Assembly (NCBI GenBank): GCA_021783355.1
Contig: JAJXTZ010000003.1
Coordinates: 1-41,018, forward strand
Reading direction: 5' to 3'
Length of the DNA stretch: 41,018 nucleotides
DNA from: a bacterium
GTDB taxonomy: Bacteria; Elusimicrobiota; Elusimicrobia; UBA1565; UBA9628
The notes beneath the pieces were generated by a model. The model made no database searches. It was not told the origin of the DNA and worked only from the letters and a program-made list of their open reading frames with translations. Below are positions 9,679 to 17,015 of the stretch, in pieces. Position 1 is the stretch's first letter; each line of letters begins with the position of its first letter. Position numbers and translations under genes: made by a program.

Positions 9679-11073
9679 TCAGCGCGCCGATTTGGCCAGG
9701 GACTTCTTCTTCGCCGCCGGCTTGGGGGCCGCCGCCGTCACCGGAGTCCCCTTCTCGGCGTCGTAGTAATCCAGGCCGGAGTGGTCCAGGACTTCCTCCC
9801 CCATGAGGATGCGCAGGGTGTTCTTGAGCTTCATCTGCTGGATGAACAGGTCGTGCTCGGGCAGCAGGTCCTCGCGGCATTGCGGGGACTTGAAGAAGAA
9901 GGACAGCCACTCCTGGATCCCCTTGAGCCCCGCGCGCTTGGCCAGGTCCAGGAAGAGGACCAGGTCCATCGCGATGGGCGCCGCCAGGATGGAGTCCCGG
10001 CAGAGGAAGTTGATCTTGATCTGCATCGGCATGTCCATCCAGCCGCGGATGTCGATGTTGTCCCAGCCTTCCTTGGCGTCGCCGCGGGGCGGGTAATAGT
10101 CGATGCGGACCTTGTGGTGGAACTTGCCGTAGAGGTCCGGGTAGCGGCCGGGCTCCAGGATGGTGTCGAGCACCGACATCTTGCTCTTCTCCTTGGTCTT
10201 GAAGGAGCCCGGGTCGTCGAGGACCTCGCCATCCCGGTTGCCCAGGATGTTGGTCGAGTACCAGCCGGTCAGCCCCAGCATGCGGGCCTTCAGCATCGGC
10301 GCGATCGTGGTCTTCATCAGGGTCTGGCCGGTCTTGAAGTCCTTGCCGCAGATGGGGGAGCCGGTCTGCTCGGCCAGTTCCACCAGGGCCGGCACGTCGG
10401 CCGACAGGTTCGGCGCCCCGTTGCCGTACGCGATGCCCGACTTGATGGCCGCGTACGCGTAGATCATCGACGGCGGGATCGCGGGGTCGGAGTCCTTGAG
10501 GCCGCGCTCGAGGGCCTCGACATCCTCATGGCAGGCCGCGTGCTCGGGCAGGATCTCGGTGGACCCGCACCACAGCATCACGACGCGGTCGCAGCCGTTC
10601 TTCTTCTTGAACGACTCGATGTCGGCGATCACCTGCTGCGCGAGGTCCCACTTGGACTTGCCCGTCTTCGCGTGCGTGGCCTTCAGGTTCTTCAGGTACG
10701 CGGGGTCGAACACGGCCTTCATCGGCTTGACGGCTTCCAGCTCCTTGCGGACCGGAGCCAGACGGTGCTCGTCGAGGACGCCGGCCTTGAGCGCGGCCGT
10801 CCACATGTCGTCGGGGAACAGGTCCCAGCCGCCGAAGACCAAGGAGTCGATCGAGGCCAGCGGCACGAAATCCTTGATCAGCGGCGAGCGGTTCTCGTAG
10901 CGCTTGCCGAGACGGATGGTCTGCAGCTGGGTGACGGAGCCCACGGGCTTGCCGAGACCCTTCTTGACGAGCTCCACGCCCGCGATGAAAGTGCTGGAGA
11001 CCGCCCCCATGCCCGGGAGCAGGACGCCGAGCTTTCCTTTAGCGGGCGGGATGCGGTTGTCGTGCTTGTTCAT
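9679..11073 (-). CDS. ino1: Inositol-3-phosphate synthase (myo-inositol-1-phosphate synthase)
   Basis: GMGAVSST, FGGWD, WCGSTE, NGAPN, GKDFKTGQTLMKT, STNILGNRDG, DYYPPRGDAKEGWD, CRDSILAAP. AGGAG RBS upstream. Confidence 0.95.
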   Translation of the reverse strand: MNKHDNRIPPAKGKLGVLLPGMGAVSSTFIAGVELVKKGLGKPVGSVTQLQTIRLGKRYENRSPLIKDFVPLASIDSLVFGGWDLFPDDMWTAALKAGVLDEHRLAPVRKELEAVKPMKAVFDPAYLKNLKATHAKTGKSKWDLAQQVIADIESFKKKNGCDRVVMLWCGSTEILPEHAACHEDVEALERGLKDSDPAIPPSMIYAYAAIKSGIAYGNGAPNLSADVPALVELAEQTGSPICGKDFKTGQTLMKTTIAPMLKARMLGLTGWYSTNILGNRDGEVLDDPGSFKTKEKSKMSVLDTILEPGRYPDLYGKFHHKVRIDYYPPRGDAKEGWDNIDIRGWMDMPMQIKINFLCRDSILAAPIAMDLVLFLDLAKRAGLKGIQEWLSFFFKSPQCREDLLPEHDLFIQQMKLKNTLRILMGEEVLDHSGLDYYDAEKGTPVTAAAPKPAAKKKSLAKSAR

Positions 11074-12235
11074 GTTCGTTGACTCTCCTGAGGTACAGCA
11101 TGATCCCGAAATAGAGCAGCCCGCCGATCGCCGCGGCCCACAGGAACTCGTAGACGCAGTCCACGAAGGCGAGGAAAACCAGAAGATAGATGAAGTCGCG
11201 CTGGGCGAGCATGTTCTCGAGGCGGGCCAGCCGGGTCTCGAAGCCGCCGAGCGCGGGCTCCTCGGTGACGCCGGCCTCCGAGCGCGCGCCCGCGGCGCGG
11301 AGGGCCAGGCGGTGGCTCCAGGCGGTCCAGGCGGAGACGAAGACGCCGAGGTCGGCCACGGCGGCCAGCGCCAGCGTGTGCGGGCCGTTGCGGCCGAGCC
11401 AGAAGCCGACGCCCAGGCAGGTGAAGAGCGCGAGGTGGACGACGTTGTCGCCCCAGAAGTCGAGGTCGCTGCCCAGCGGGCTCTCTTGGAAGCGAACGCG
11501 GGCCAGCTCCCCGTCGCAGCCGTCCAGCACGGAGTGCAGCCAGACCAGCAGGGCGCCCGGCACGTACCACGCGCGCGACGGGCCCAGGAACAGGGCGGCC
11601 CCGATCAGGCCGAGCAGGGTGCTGAAGACCGTCATCGCGTTGGGGGTCACGCCGGTGTCGAGGAGGAGGCGCGAGACGGACAGCGAGATGTGACGGTCGA
11701 AGTTGCGGGCCATGAAGCCGTCCTGGCTCTTGGGGCCGGTGGCCATCAGCCAATCCACCGTCTCCTCCCCGCCGACCGGAGCCTCCAGGCGCCGGTAGGT
11801 CCCGGGGGCCAGGACCTGCTTGGACCGGGTCGTGCTCTCGTCGCGGGAGACGACCGCCTGGATCACGCCGAGGCCCGCGTCGTCCTCGTAGGAGACCGAC
11901 TGGCCGAAGGACTGGCGCGCGACGTGGGCGAGGGCGTCCACGCGCACGAAATGGTCGCCGGAGAGTCCCAGGTAGGGCGGCTCGCAGGCGACGAGCGCGT
12001 CGCCGTCCCGGGACACCCAATGCACCGTCAGGCCGGGCGGCACGCGCAGGCCGGCGCGCAGGGCGGGGTCGGGCTCGTGGGTGCCGACCCAGACGCTCGT
12101 GATCCCGGCGCGCGCGGCGGTGAAGAGCTGGCGCTCGAGCACGCCGAGGCCGCCCGCCTTCAGCCACATCAGGGACGGGTGGGGGACCCAGAGGATCGCG
12201 CGCGGGATGCGCGCCGGGGCCGCGGCCTCAGGCAT
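11039..12235 (-). CDS. CDP-alcohol phosphatidyltransferase family protein with a degenerate N-terminal nucleotidyltransferase-like domain (IPCT/DIPPS-like architecture)
   Basis: Signature LDGCDGELAR...GSDLDFWGD, TPNAMT and DGFMARNFDRHIS, followed by TM helices. The N-terminal KAGGLGVLERQLFTAARAGITSV resembles the NTP-transferase fold but lacks GxGxR. Overlaps ino1 by 35 nt. Confidence 0.85.
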   Translation of the reverse strand: MPEAAAPARIPRAILWVPHPSLMWLKAGGLGVLERQLFTAARAGITSVWVGTHEPDPALRAGLRVPPGLTVHWVSRDGDALVACEPPYLGLSGDHFVRVDALAHVARQSFGQSVSYEDDAGLGVIQAVVSRDESTTRSKQVLAPGTYRRLEAPVGGEETVDWLMATGPKSQDGFMARNFDRHISLSVSRLLLDTGVTPNAMTVFSTLLGLIGAALFLGPSRAWYVPGALLVWLHSVLDGCDGELARVRFQESPLGSDLDFWGDNVVHLALFTCLGVGFWLGRNGPHTLALAAVADLGVFVSAWTAWSHRLALRAAGARSEAGVTEEPALGGFETRLARLENMLAQRDFIYLLVFLAFVDCVYEFLWAAAIGGLLYFGIMLYLRRVNEHEQARQPHPAR

Positions 12236-13214
12236 GGGCCGCCTCCCGCGCGCCGTAGGCCGCGCGGATCGTCTCCAGGCAGAAGCCGGCCTCGTCGAGA
12301 TTGGCGCCGCGGTCCGCGCCGGCGCACTCGGCCGCGAAGGCGGGCCACATCGCCGCCAGCCAGTCGGGGTGGGCGGACCCTCCCGAGAGCCTCTCCGGGA
12401 AGCGGACCGTCTCCTCGTGCCCGCCGGAGCGCAGGATCAGCTCGTCGTCGCGCAATTCGGCGGCTCCCTTCTCGCCGACGACCAGCGCGGAGTTCGAGCG
12501 TTCGGCGGCCTTCCAGGTGAGGAAGATCGTGCCGCTCGCGCCGGGCGCTTCGAGCAGGACCGTCGCGGTCTCGTCGACGGAGTCCGCGGGGGTCAGGACG
12601 GCCGAGGACAGGCGGGCCCCGGCCCCCAGCAGGCGCCGCATCAAATACAGATTGTGCCAGCCGTGGTCCACCAGGATGCCGCCCCCGGCCACCGCCGGGT
12701 CCTTGCGCCAGTCCCCGGGCAGCGCCGAGACCGACGGCCGCGTGCGCAGGACGCGGATCTCGGCGTGGCGCACCGCGCCGAGGGCGCCGGAGGCCGCGGT
12801 CTTGAGCAGGAGCGACCACTGCGGAGAATGGGCCCAGTTGTTGACCGAGTAGGCGCAGACGCCGCGCTTGGCGGCCTCGGCGCGGATGGCGGCGTACGCC
12901 TCCGGGTCCAGAGTCAGCGGCTTCTCGCAGAGGACGTGCAGCCGCGCCTTGAGCCCGTCCAGCACGGCGCCGGCGTGGAACGACGGCGGGGTGGCGACGA
13001 TCAGGGCTTCCAGGCCCTTCTCCTTGGACAGGAGGTCCTTGTGGCCGGCGTGGACGCGGACTCCGGGCAGGAGCTTGGCCGCCGCCTGGCGGCGCGATTC
13101 CGTCGCCTCGGCGACCGCGACGATCTCGACCCCGAGCCCGCGCAGGGCGGGCAGATGGGCGTGCTCGGCGATCGCTCCGAAACCGACGAGGCCGACGCGG
13201 CGGGGACCGCTCAG
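12228..13214 (-). CDS. Gfo/Idh/MocA oxidoreductase (inositol-dehydrogenase-like), probable CTG start
   Basis: The frame is open upstream of the ORF-track start (12965) and encodes the Rossmann motif RVGLVGFGAIAEHAHLPAL, then VATPPSFH, HVLCEKPL, GGGILVDHGWH. The only plausible start is CTG 13214, with GGAGG 8 nt upstream. Confidence 0.85.
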   Translation of the reverse strand: MSGPRRVGLVGFGAIAEHAHLPALRGLGVEIVAVAEATESRRQAAAKLLPGVRVHAGHKDLLSKEKGLEALIVATPPSFHAGAVLDGLKARLHVLCEKPLTLDPEAYAAIRAEAAKRGVCAYSVNNWAHSPQWSLLLKTAASGALGAVRHAEIRVLRTRPSVSALPGDWRKDPAVAGGGILVDHGWHNLYLMRRLLGAGARLSSAVLTPADSVDETATVLLEAPGASGTIFLTWKAAERSNSALVVGEKGAAELRDDELILRSGGHEETVRFPERLSGGSAHPDWLAAMWPAFAAECAGADRGANLDEAGFCLETIRAAYGAREAAHA

Positions 13215-14554
13215 AGGCCGCGCCTCCGGCTCACGGCGTCGAGGGACTCGTCGAGAAGGGCCAGGCCCTTCAGGGCGTCCGTCTCGGAGATCACCAGCGG
13301 GGGGTTGATGCGCAGCGACGGGTTGTAGGCCATCGTGAGGACGCCGCGCTTGAGGCCCTCCTCGAAGATCTCGCGGCAGACCGCCTTGTCGAGCGGCTTG
13401 CCGTCCTTCGGGTTCACCAGGTCCACGCCGATCATCAGGCCTCGGCCGCGGACCGAGCCGATCGCCGGGCGCTTCGCCTTCATCTCGGTCAGGCGCTTGA
13501 GCATCGCGGCGCCGACCTTGGCGGCGTTGTCGACGAGCTTGTCGCGCAGGATCACCTGCAGCGTCGCGTCGCAGGCGGCGGAGGCCAGCGGGTTGCCGCC
13601 GTAGCTCGACGAGGAGCCCGAGGGGTTCGCCCAGGGCTTGGCGGAGGCGAGCTCGGTCGAGGCGACGACGCCGGAGACGGGGAAGCCCCCGCCGAAGCCC
13701 TTGCCGATCGTCATCATGTCGGGGATCACTCCCTCGTGGTCGCAGCCGAACATCTTCCCGGTGCGGCCGAAGCCGGTGATCATCTCGTCGGAGACGAACA
13801 CGGCGCCGATCTCCTTGGCGAGCTCACGCACGCCCTTGAAGAAGCCGGCCGGCGGGATCACGTTGCCGTTGGTGCCTTGGACCGGCTCCATGATGACCGC
13901 GGCGACCTGTCCGGTGGTCTCGCGCTTGATCTTCTCGCGCAGGAACTCCAGGCAGTGCGCGCCGCAGTCGTGCTCGCCCTTGGTCCCCAGCGGGCACTTG
14001 CGCGCGTCGGGGTACGGGGACAGGTGCAGGCCCGGCATCATCGCGCCGTAGTTGTTCTTGAAGCCGTCGTTCAGGAGGCCCATGACGCCCATCGTCTTGC
14101 CGTGGAAGCCGCCCCAGAACCCGATCACCTCGTACTTGCCGGTCTTGGACTTGGCCAGGCGCAGAGCGGCCTCGACGGCCTCGGCGCCGGAGCTGTAGAG
14201 CTGGCAGCGGTCGAGCCCCTTCGGGGTCACCGAGGCCAAGGTCTTCAGGAAGTTCAGGCGGTGCGCCGAGGTGAAGGAGCCCACCGCGGTCTTGGCGGCC
14301 TGCTCGGCGACGGCCTTGGCCCAGTCCGGGTGGCCGTAGCCCAGCGACGCCACGCCGATGCCGGCGACGAGGTCCAGGTAGGTCTTGCCGTCCAGGTCGC
14401 GGATCGTCGCGCCGGAGCCGGACTCGACGGCGATCTGCGCGTAGAGCGCGATCGTCTGCAGACCGGGGGCGATATACCCCTGCTCCTCGTCGAACAGGGC
14501 CTTCGATTTGGGTCCGGCGGAATAAGGCGTCTCGGCGAGAGTCTGCGGGGTCAT
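13211..14554 (-). CDS. Class III (ornithine/GABA-AT-like) PLP-dependent aminotransferase
   Basis: Start MTPQTLAE (ATG 14554). Motifs YLDLVAGIGVASLGYGH, SGAEAVEAAL, GFHGKT, MEPVQG, DEMITGFGRTG, PDMMTIGKGFGGG (PLP Lys), VRGRGLMIG. Confidence 0.93.
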   Translation of the reverse strand: MTPQTLAETPYSAGPKSKALFDEEQGYIAPGLQTIALYAQIAVESGSGATIRDLDGKTYLDLVAGIGVASLGYGHPDWAKAVAEQAAKTAVGSFTSAHRLNFLKTLASVTPKGLDRCQLYSSGAEAVEAALRLAKSKTGKYEVIGFWGGFHGKTMGVMGLLNDGFKNNYGAMMPGLHLSPYPDARKCPLGTKGEHDCGAHCLEFLREKIKRETTGQVAAVIMEPVQGTNGNVIPPAGFFKGVRELAKEIGAVFVSDEMITGFGRTGKMFGCDHEGVIPDMMTIGKGFGGGFPVSGVVASTELASAKPWANPSGSSSSYGGNPLASAACDATLQVILRDKLVDNAAKVGAAMLKRLTEMKAKRPAIGSVRGRGLMIGVDLVNPKDGKPLDKAVCREIFEEGLKRGVLTMAYNPSLRINPPLVISETDALKGLALLDESLDAVSRRRGL

Positions 14555-14556
14555 GG

Positions 14557-15399
14557 TCAGGCCTTCCTTGCGGCCGCCTGGCGCAGGCGGGCGCGCAGGC
14601 GGCGGGCGATCTGGACCGAGGCCTCGGCGCGCACGCGCGCGAAGCTCGGCCACGAGTTGATGTCGATGATATAAATCTTTCCATCGGGAGCGACGATCGC
14701 GTCGCCGCCGTAGACCTCCAGGCGGACGCACGAAGCGGCGAGCTCCGCCTGCGAGGCCAGGTCCTCCACCTCGAACGGCAGGCGGCGGGCGACGGAGGGG
14801 TCGTGATAGAACCAGGTGAACCACTGGCCCGGGCCGACGCCGTAGAACTTGATCAGGTCGCCGTCGATGTGGCGCTGAACGGCCATGTCCTTGATCTCGC
14901 GGCTCTCGAACTCGCGGCGGATCTCCCGCGCCTCGTCCCAGTCGGGCGCGAAGACGACGTCGTGAGTGCAGGTGTTGTGCACGTCGCCGCGCTTGAGCCA
15001 CCAGCCGCCCTCGGCGTCGAAGGCCGGGGGGCGGGCGTTGGCGTCGGCGGAGGTGCGCCGCACCTCGGTCGCGGGGTAGGACAGGCCGGGGGTCGCGGCG
15101 AAGGACTCCAGCATCCGGGTGCGGTAGCAGCCCAGGACCGAGTCCGCCGGGTTGACGAAGACGGCCCCGGTCTTGGGCTCCAGGGTCTTGAGCCGCATCA
15201 GGCGGGGGTAGGTCTCGCACATCGGCACGATGATGTCGAATCCGGCCAGGTCGGCCCCGTCGAACGCCTCCGGGGTCATCAGGACCGTCTCGGTCTTCAG
15301 GATCGAGAGCTGGTCCATCACGGCCTTGAGGATCAGGGCGTCGTCCGTCTCGCGGTTGGGCGAGTTCTGGACCTCACGGAAGATTCCGAGCGCTTTCAT
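14557..15399 (-). CDS. Uncharacterised ATP-grasp-like protein
   Basis: Start MKALGIFREVQNSPNRETDDALIL (ATG 15399). Motifs FVNPADSV, WWLKRGD, VQRHIDGDLIKFYGVG and YGGDAIV...YIIDINSWPSF resemble the RimK/ATP-grasp C-terminal D...(E/D)xN motif. Confidence 0.7.
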   Translation of the reverse strand: MKALGIFREVQNSPNRETDDALILKAVMDQLSILKTETVLMTPEAFDGADLAGFDIIVPMCETYPRLMRLKTLEPKTGAVFVNPADSVLGCYRTRMLESFAATPGLSYPATEVRRTSADANARPPAFDAEGGWWLKRGDVHNTCTHDVVFAPDWDEAREIRREFESREIKDMAVQRHIDGDLIKFYGVGPGQWFTWFYHDPSVARRLPFEVEDLASQAELAASCVRLEVYGGDAIVAPDGKIYIIDINSWPSFARVRAEASVQIARRLRARLRQAAARKA

Positions 15400-16106
15400 C
15401 GTGTCTTCTCCGTCGCCAGGTAGGCGTCCGCGGCCGCCACGTCCTCCGGGCGGTCCACGTCCAGCGTCTTGGACAACGCGACTCCGGCCACGCGCGTCCC
15501 CGAGGAGACGAGCGCGCGCCAGAAGTCGCGCAGCCGGCCGTGCGCCGCGGCCTCGGGGAGGCGCGCGGCGGCGGCGCGGGTCAGGTAGTAGAGCCCGCCG
15601 GTCACGCGGCGGCGGGTGCGGGCGTCGTCGCCCACGGCGGTCACCAATCCGGCCTCGTCGAGGTCCGCCCAGAGGGGCTTCTCGTCGTCGACGTGGTCCG
15701 TCAGGGCCAGGCCGGCCTCGGCGCGCGCGGCGCGGCACTCGTCCCAGAAGCGCCGGACGTCGGTGGCGGGCAGCAGAGCGTCCGCGGTGCTGACCATGAA
15801 ATCGTCGCCGCGCTCGGCCAGGCGCCGCGAGACCAGGCGGAAGCTCTCGAACGACGAGGCGGTGTCGGCGCTGACGAAGTCGAAGGCGAGGTCCGGGAAG
15901 GCGGCCGCCAGGCTGGGCGGGATCGCCCCGCCGTGTCCGTTGGTCAGGACGGTGAGCTCGCGCGCGCCCGCCGCGGCCAGGCCCGACGCGACCCAGTGGA
16001 TCAGCGGCCGCCCGGCGACCGGGACCAGGGGCTTGGGGAGGCCCGGATGGCTCGCGGCGAGGCGCGAGCCCCGGCCCGCGGCGATGACGCCGGCGCGCAG
16101 GCTCAT
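15396..16106 (-). CDS. Nucleotidyltransferase (NTP_transferase family), putative inositol-phosphate cytidylyltransferase
   Basis: Start MSLRAGVIAAGRGSRL (ATG 16106, ATGA overlap). Motifs PKPLVPVAGRPLI, DDEKPLW, TGGLY, DVDRPED. Confidence 0.88.
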   Translation of the reverse strand: MSLRAGVIAAGRGSRLAASHPGLPKPLVPVAGRPLIHWVASGLAAAGARELTVLTNGHGGAIPPSLAAAFPDLAFDFVSADTASSFESFRLVSRRLAERGDDFMVSTADALLPATDVRRFWDECRAARAEAGLALTDHVDDEKPLWADLDEAGLVTAVGDDARTRRRVTGGLYYLTRAAAARLPEAAAHGRLRDFWRALVSSGTRVAGVALSKTLDVDRPEDVAAADAYLATEKTR

Positions 16107-16768
16107 GAGAGGAGGGCCTCCAACTCGACGACGGAACGCACGGTCCAGTCCTGGCCTGCCGCGGGAGGCTCGGGATCGATGCTGACCAGGGCCGTTTTCA
16201 TGCCCGCCGCGACGGCGCCCCTCATGTCGCGCTTGACCGAGTCGCCAACCATCATGCACTCGGCGGGAGCGGCGTCCAAGGCGCGGGAGGCGTGGAGGAA
16301 TATCCCCGGCTCGGGCTTGACGACCCCGAGGACCCCGGAATCGGCCACCACGGAGAAAAGGTCGCGCAGGCCTTCGGCGCGAAGGATCCCGTCGAGGTTC
16401 CCGTAGAAATTCGACACGACCCCGAGCCGGTAGCGCGCCGTCAGGCGCTCGAGCACCGGGCGCAGGCGGCGGAACTGCCCGCGGCTGTCCGCGGCGAAGC
16501 GTCCGGCGATCGCGCCGGCCAGGGGCGCGCGCTGCGGCGCCAGCGCGGCCAGGACATCGCCGACCTGGAGGCGCAAGGTCTCTTCCAGGTCCAATCCGGC
16601 CAACGCGTGACGGGCGGGGAGGGCGTCGTCGGAATCGTAAAAGGCGCGGTCGAAGCGGTCGCGGGGGAGGTCCACGCCGTTCTCTTTATAGATCGGGTAG
16701 AAGCGTTCCAACCATGTGGACCCGTCGGCGTCCAGCGTCCCGCCGTAATCGAAGAGGACCGCCTTCAT
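16103..16768 (-). CDS. HAD-superfamily hydrolase (phosphatase)
   Basis: Motif I FDYGGTLD, motif II VVSN, motif III KPEPGIF, motif IV MVGDSVKRD. Confidence 0.92.
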   Translation of the reverse strand: MKAVLFDYGGTLDADGSTWLERFYPIYKENGVDLPRDRFDRAFYDSDDALPARHALAGLDLEETLRLQVGDVLAALAPQRAPLAGAIAGRFAADSRGQFRRLRPVLERLTARYRLGVVSNFYGNLDGILRAEGLRDLFSVVADSGVLGVVKPEPGIFLHASRALDAAPAECMMVGDSVKRDMRGAVAAGMKTALVSIDPEPPAAGQDWTVRSVVELEALLS

Positions 16769-16774
16769 CCAAAA

Positions 16775-16783
16775 ATTGTATCA
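16775..16783 (-). promoter_or_regulatory. Extended -10 promoter (TGaTACAAT) of the inositol operon; leaderless geometry
   Basis: TACAAT at 16780-16775 is followed by 6 nt and then the ATG at 16768. Confidence 0.7.
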
Positions 16784-16833
16784 CATCCTCGTCGGCGGGA
16801 GGACTCTGGTCTCGCCGGCGGGGAAGGGCAGGC

Positions 16834-16862
16834 TTGACAGGGCGGGGCGGGACTGTTATCAA
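16834..16862 (+). promoter_or_regulatory. Sigma70 promoter P1 of the pil operon (TTGACA-17-TATCAA, TGn extension)
   Basis: Perfect -35 at 16834-16839, 17-nt spacer, TGt-TATCAA with the hexamer at 16857-16862. Confidence 0.6.
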
Positions 16863-16915
16863 CAGGGCACGCGCAGGCCGGACGACGCGTTTCCCGCATG
16901 TTCACACGCGAGGTC

Positions 16916-16944
16916 TTGACAGTGCCGGGCAAACCTGTTATAAA
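16916..16944 (+). promoter_or_regulatory. Sigma70 promoter P2 of the pil operon (TTGACA-17-TATAAA, TGn extension)
   Basis: Perfect -35 at 16916-16921, 17-nt spacer, TGt-TATAAA with the hexamer at 16939-16944. Confidence 0.72.
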
Positions 16945-16964
16945 TCACTGCTTTACAAAAACAC

Positions 16965-17014
16965 GCGCCGAGTCCGACCCGCCGGGAAAAACGGCGGGGC
17001 GGCGGCGCTTTTTT
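16965..17014 (+). terminator. Terminator-like hairpin plus U6 in the pilM leader
   Basis: GCGCCG(16965-70) pairs with CGGCGC(17003-08). Inner CCCGCCG pairs with CGGCGGG around a GGAAAAA loop. TTTTTT (17009-14) follows, 1 nt before the ATG. Confidence 0.45.
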
Positions 17015-17015
17015 A

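Noticed and set aside
12228-12965. Dehydrogenase apparently truncated (pseudogene lacking its NAD-binding domain)
   Set aside because: The frame is open to 13214 and encodes the complete Rossmann motif.
13211-14554. Calling the aminotransferase argD or gabT
   Set aside because: Family motifs do not define the substrate, and the operon context points to a cyclitol pathway, so no symbol was assigned.
16853-16865. CTGT...ACAG as an E. coli-type LexA box
   Set aside because: The spacing is N5, not N8. Kept only as an unassigned palindrome.
16927-16965. GGGCAAACC resembling the start of a c-di-GMP-I riboswitch upstream of pilM
   Set aside because: It lacks the following GAAA-capped stem and GACGCAAAG segment, and it lies inside the -35/-10 spacer of promoter P2.
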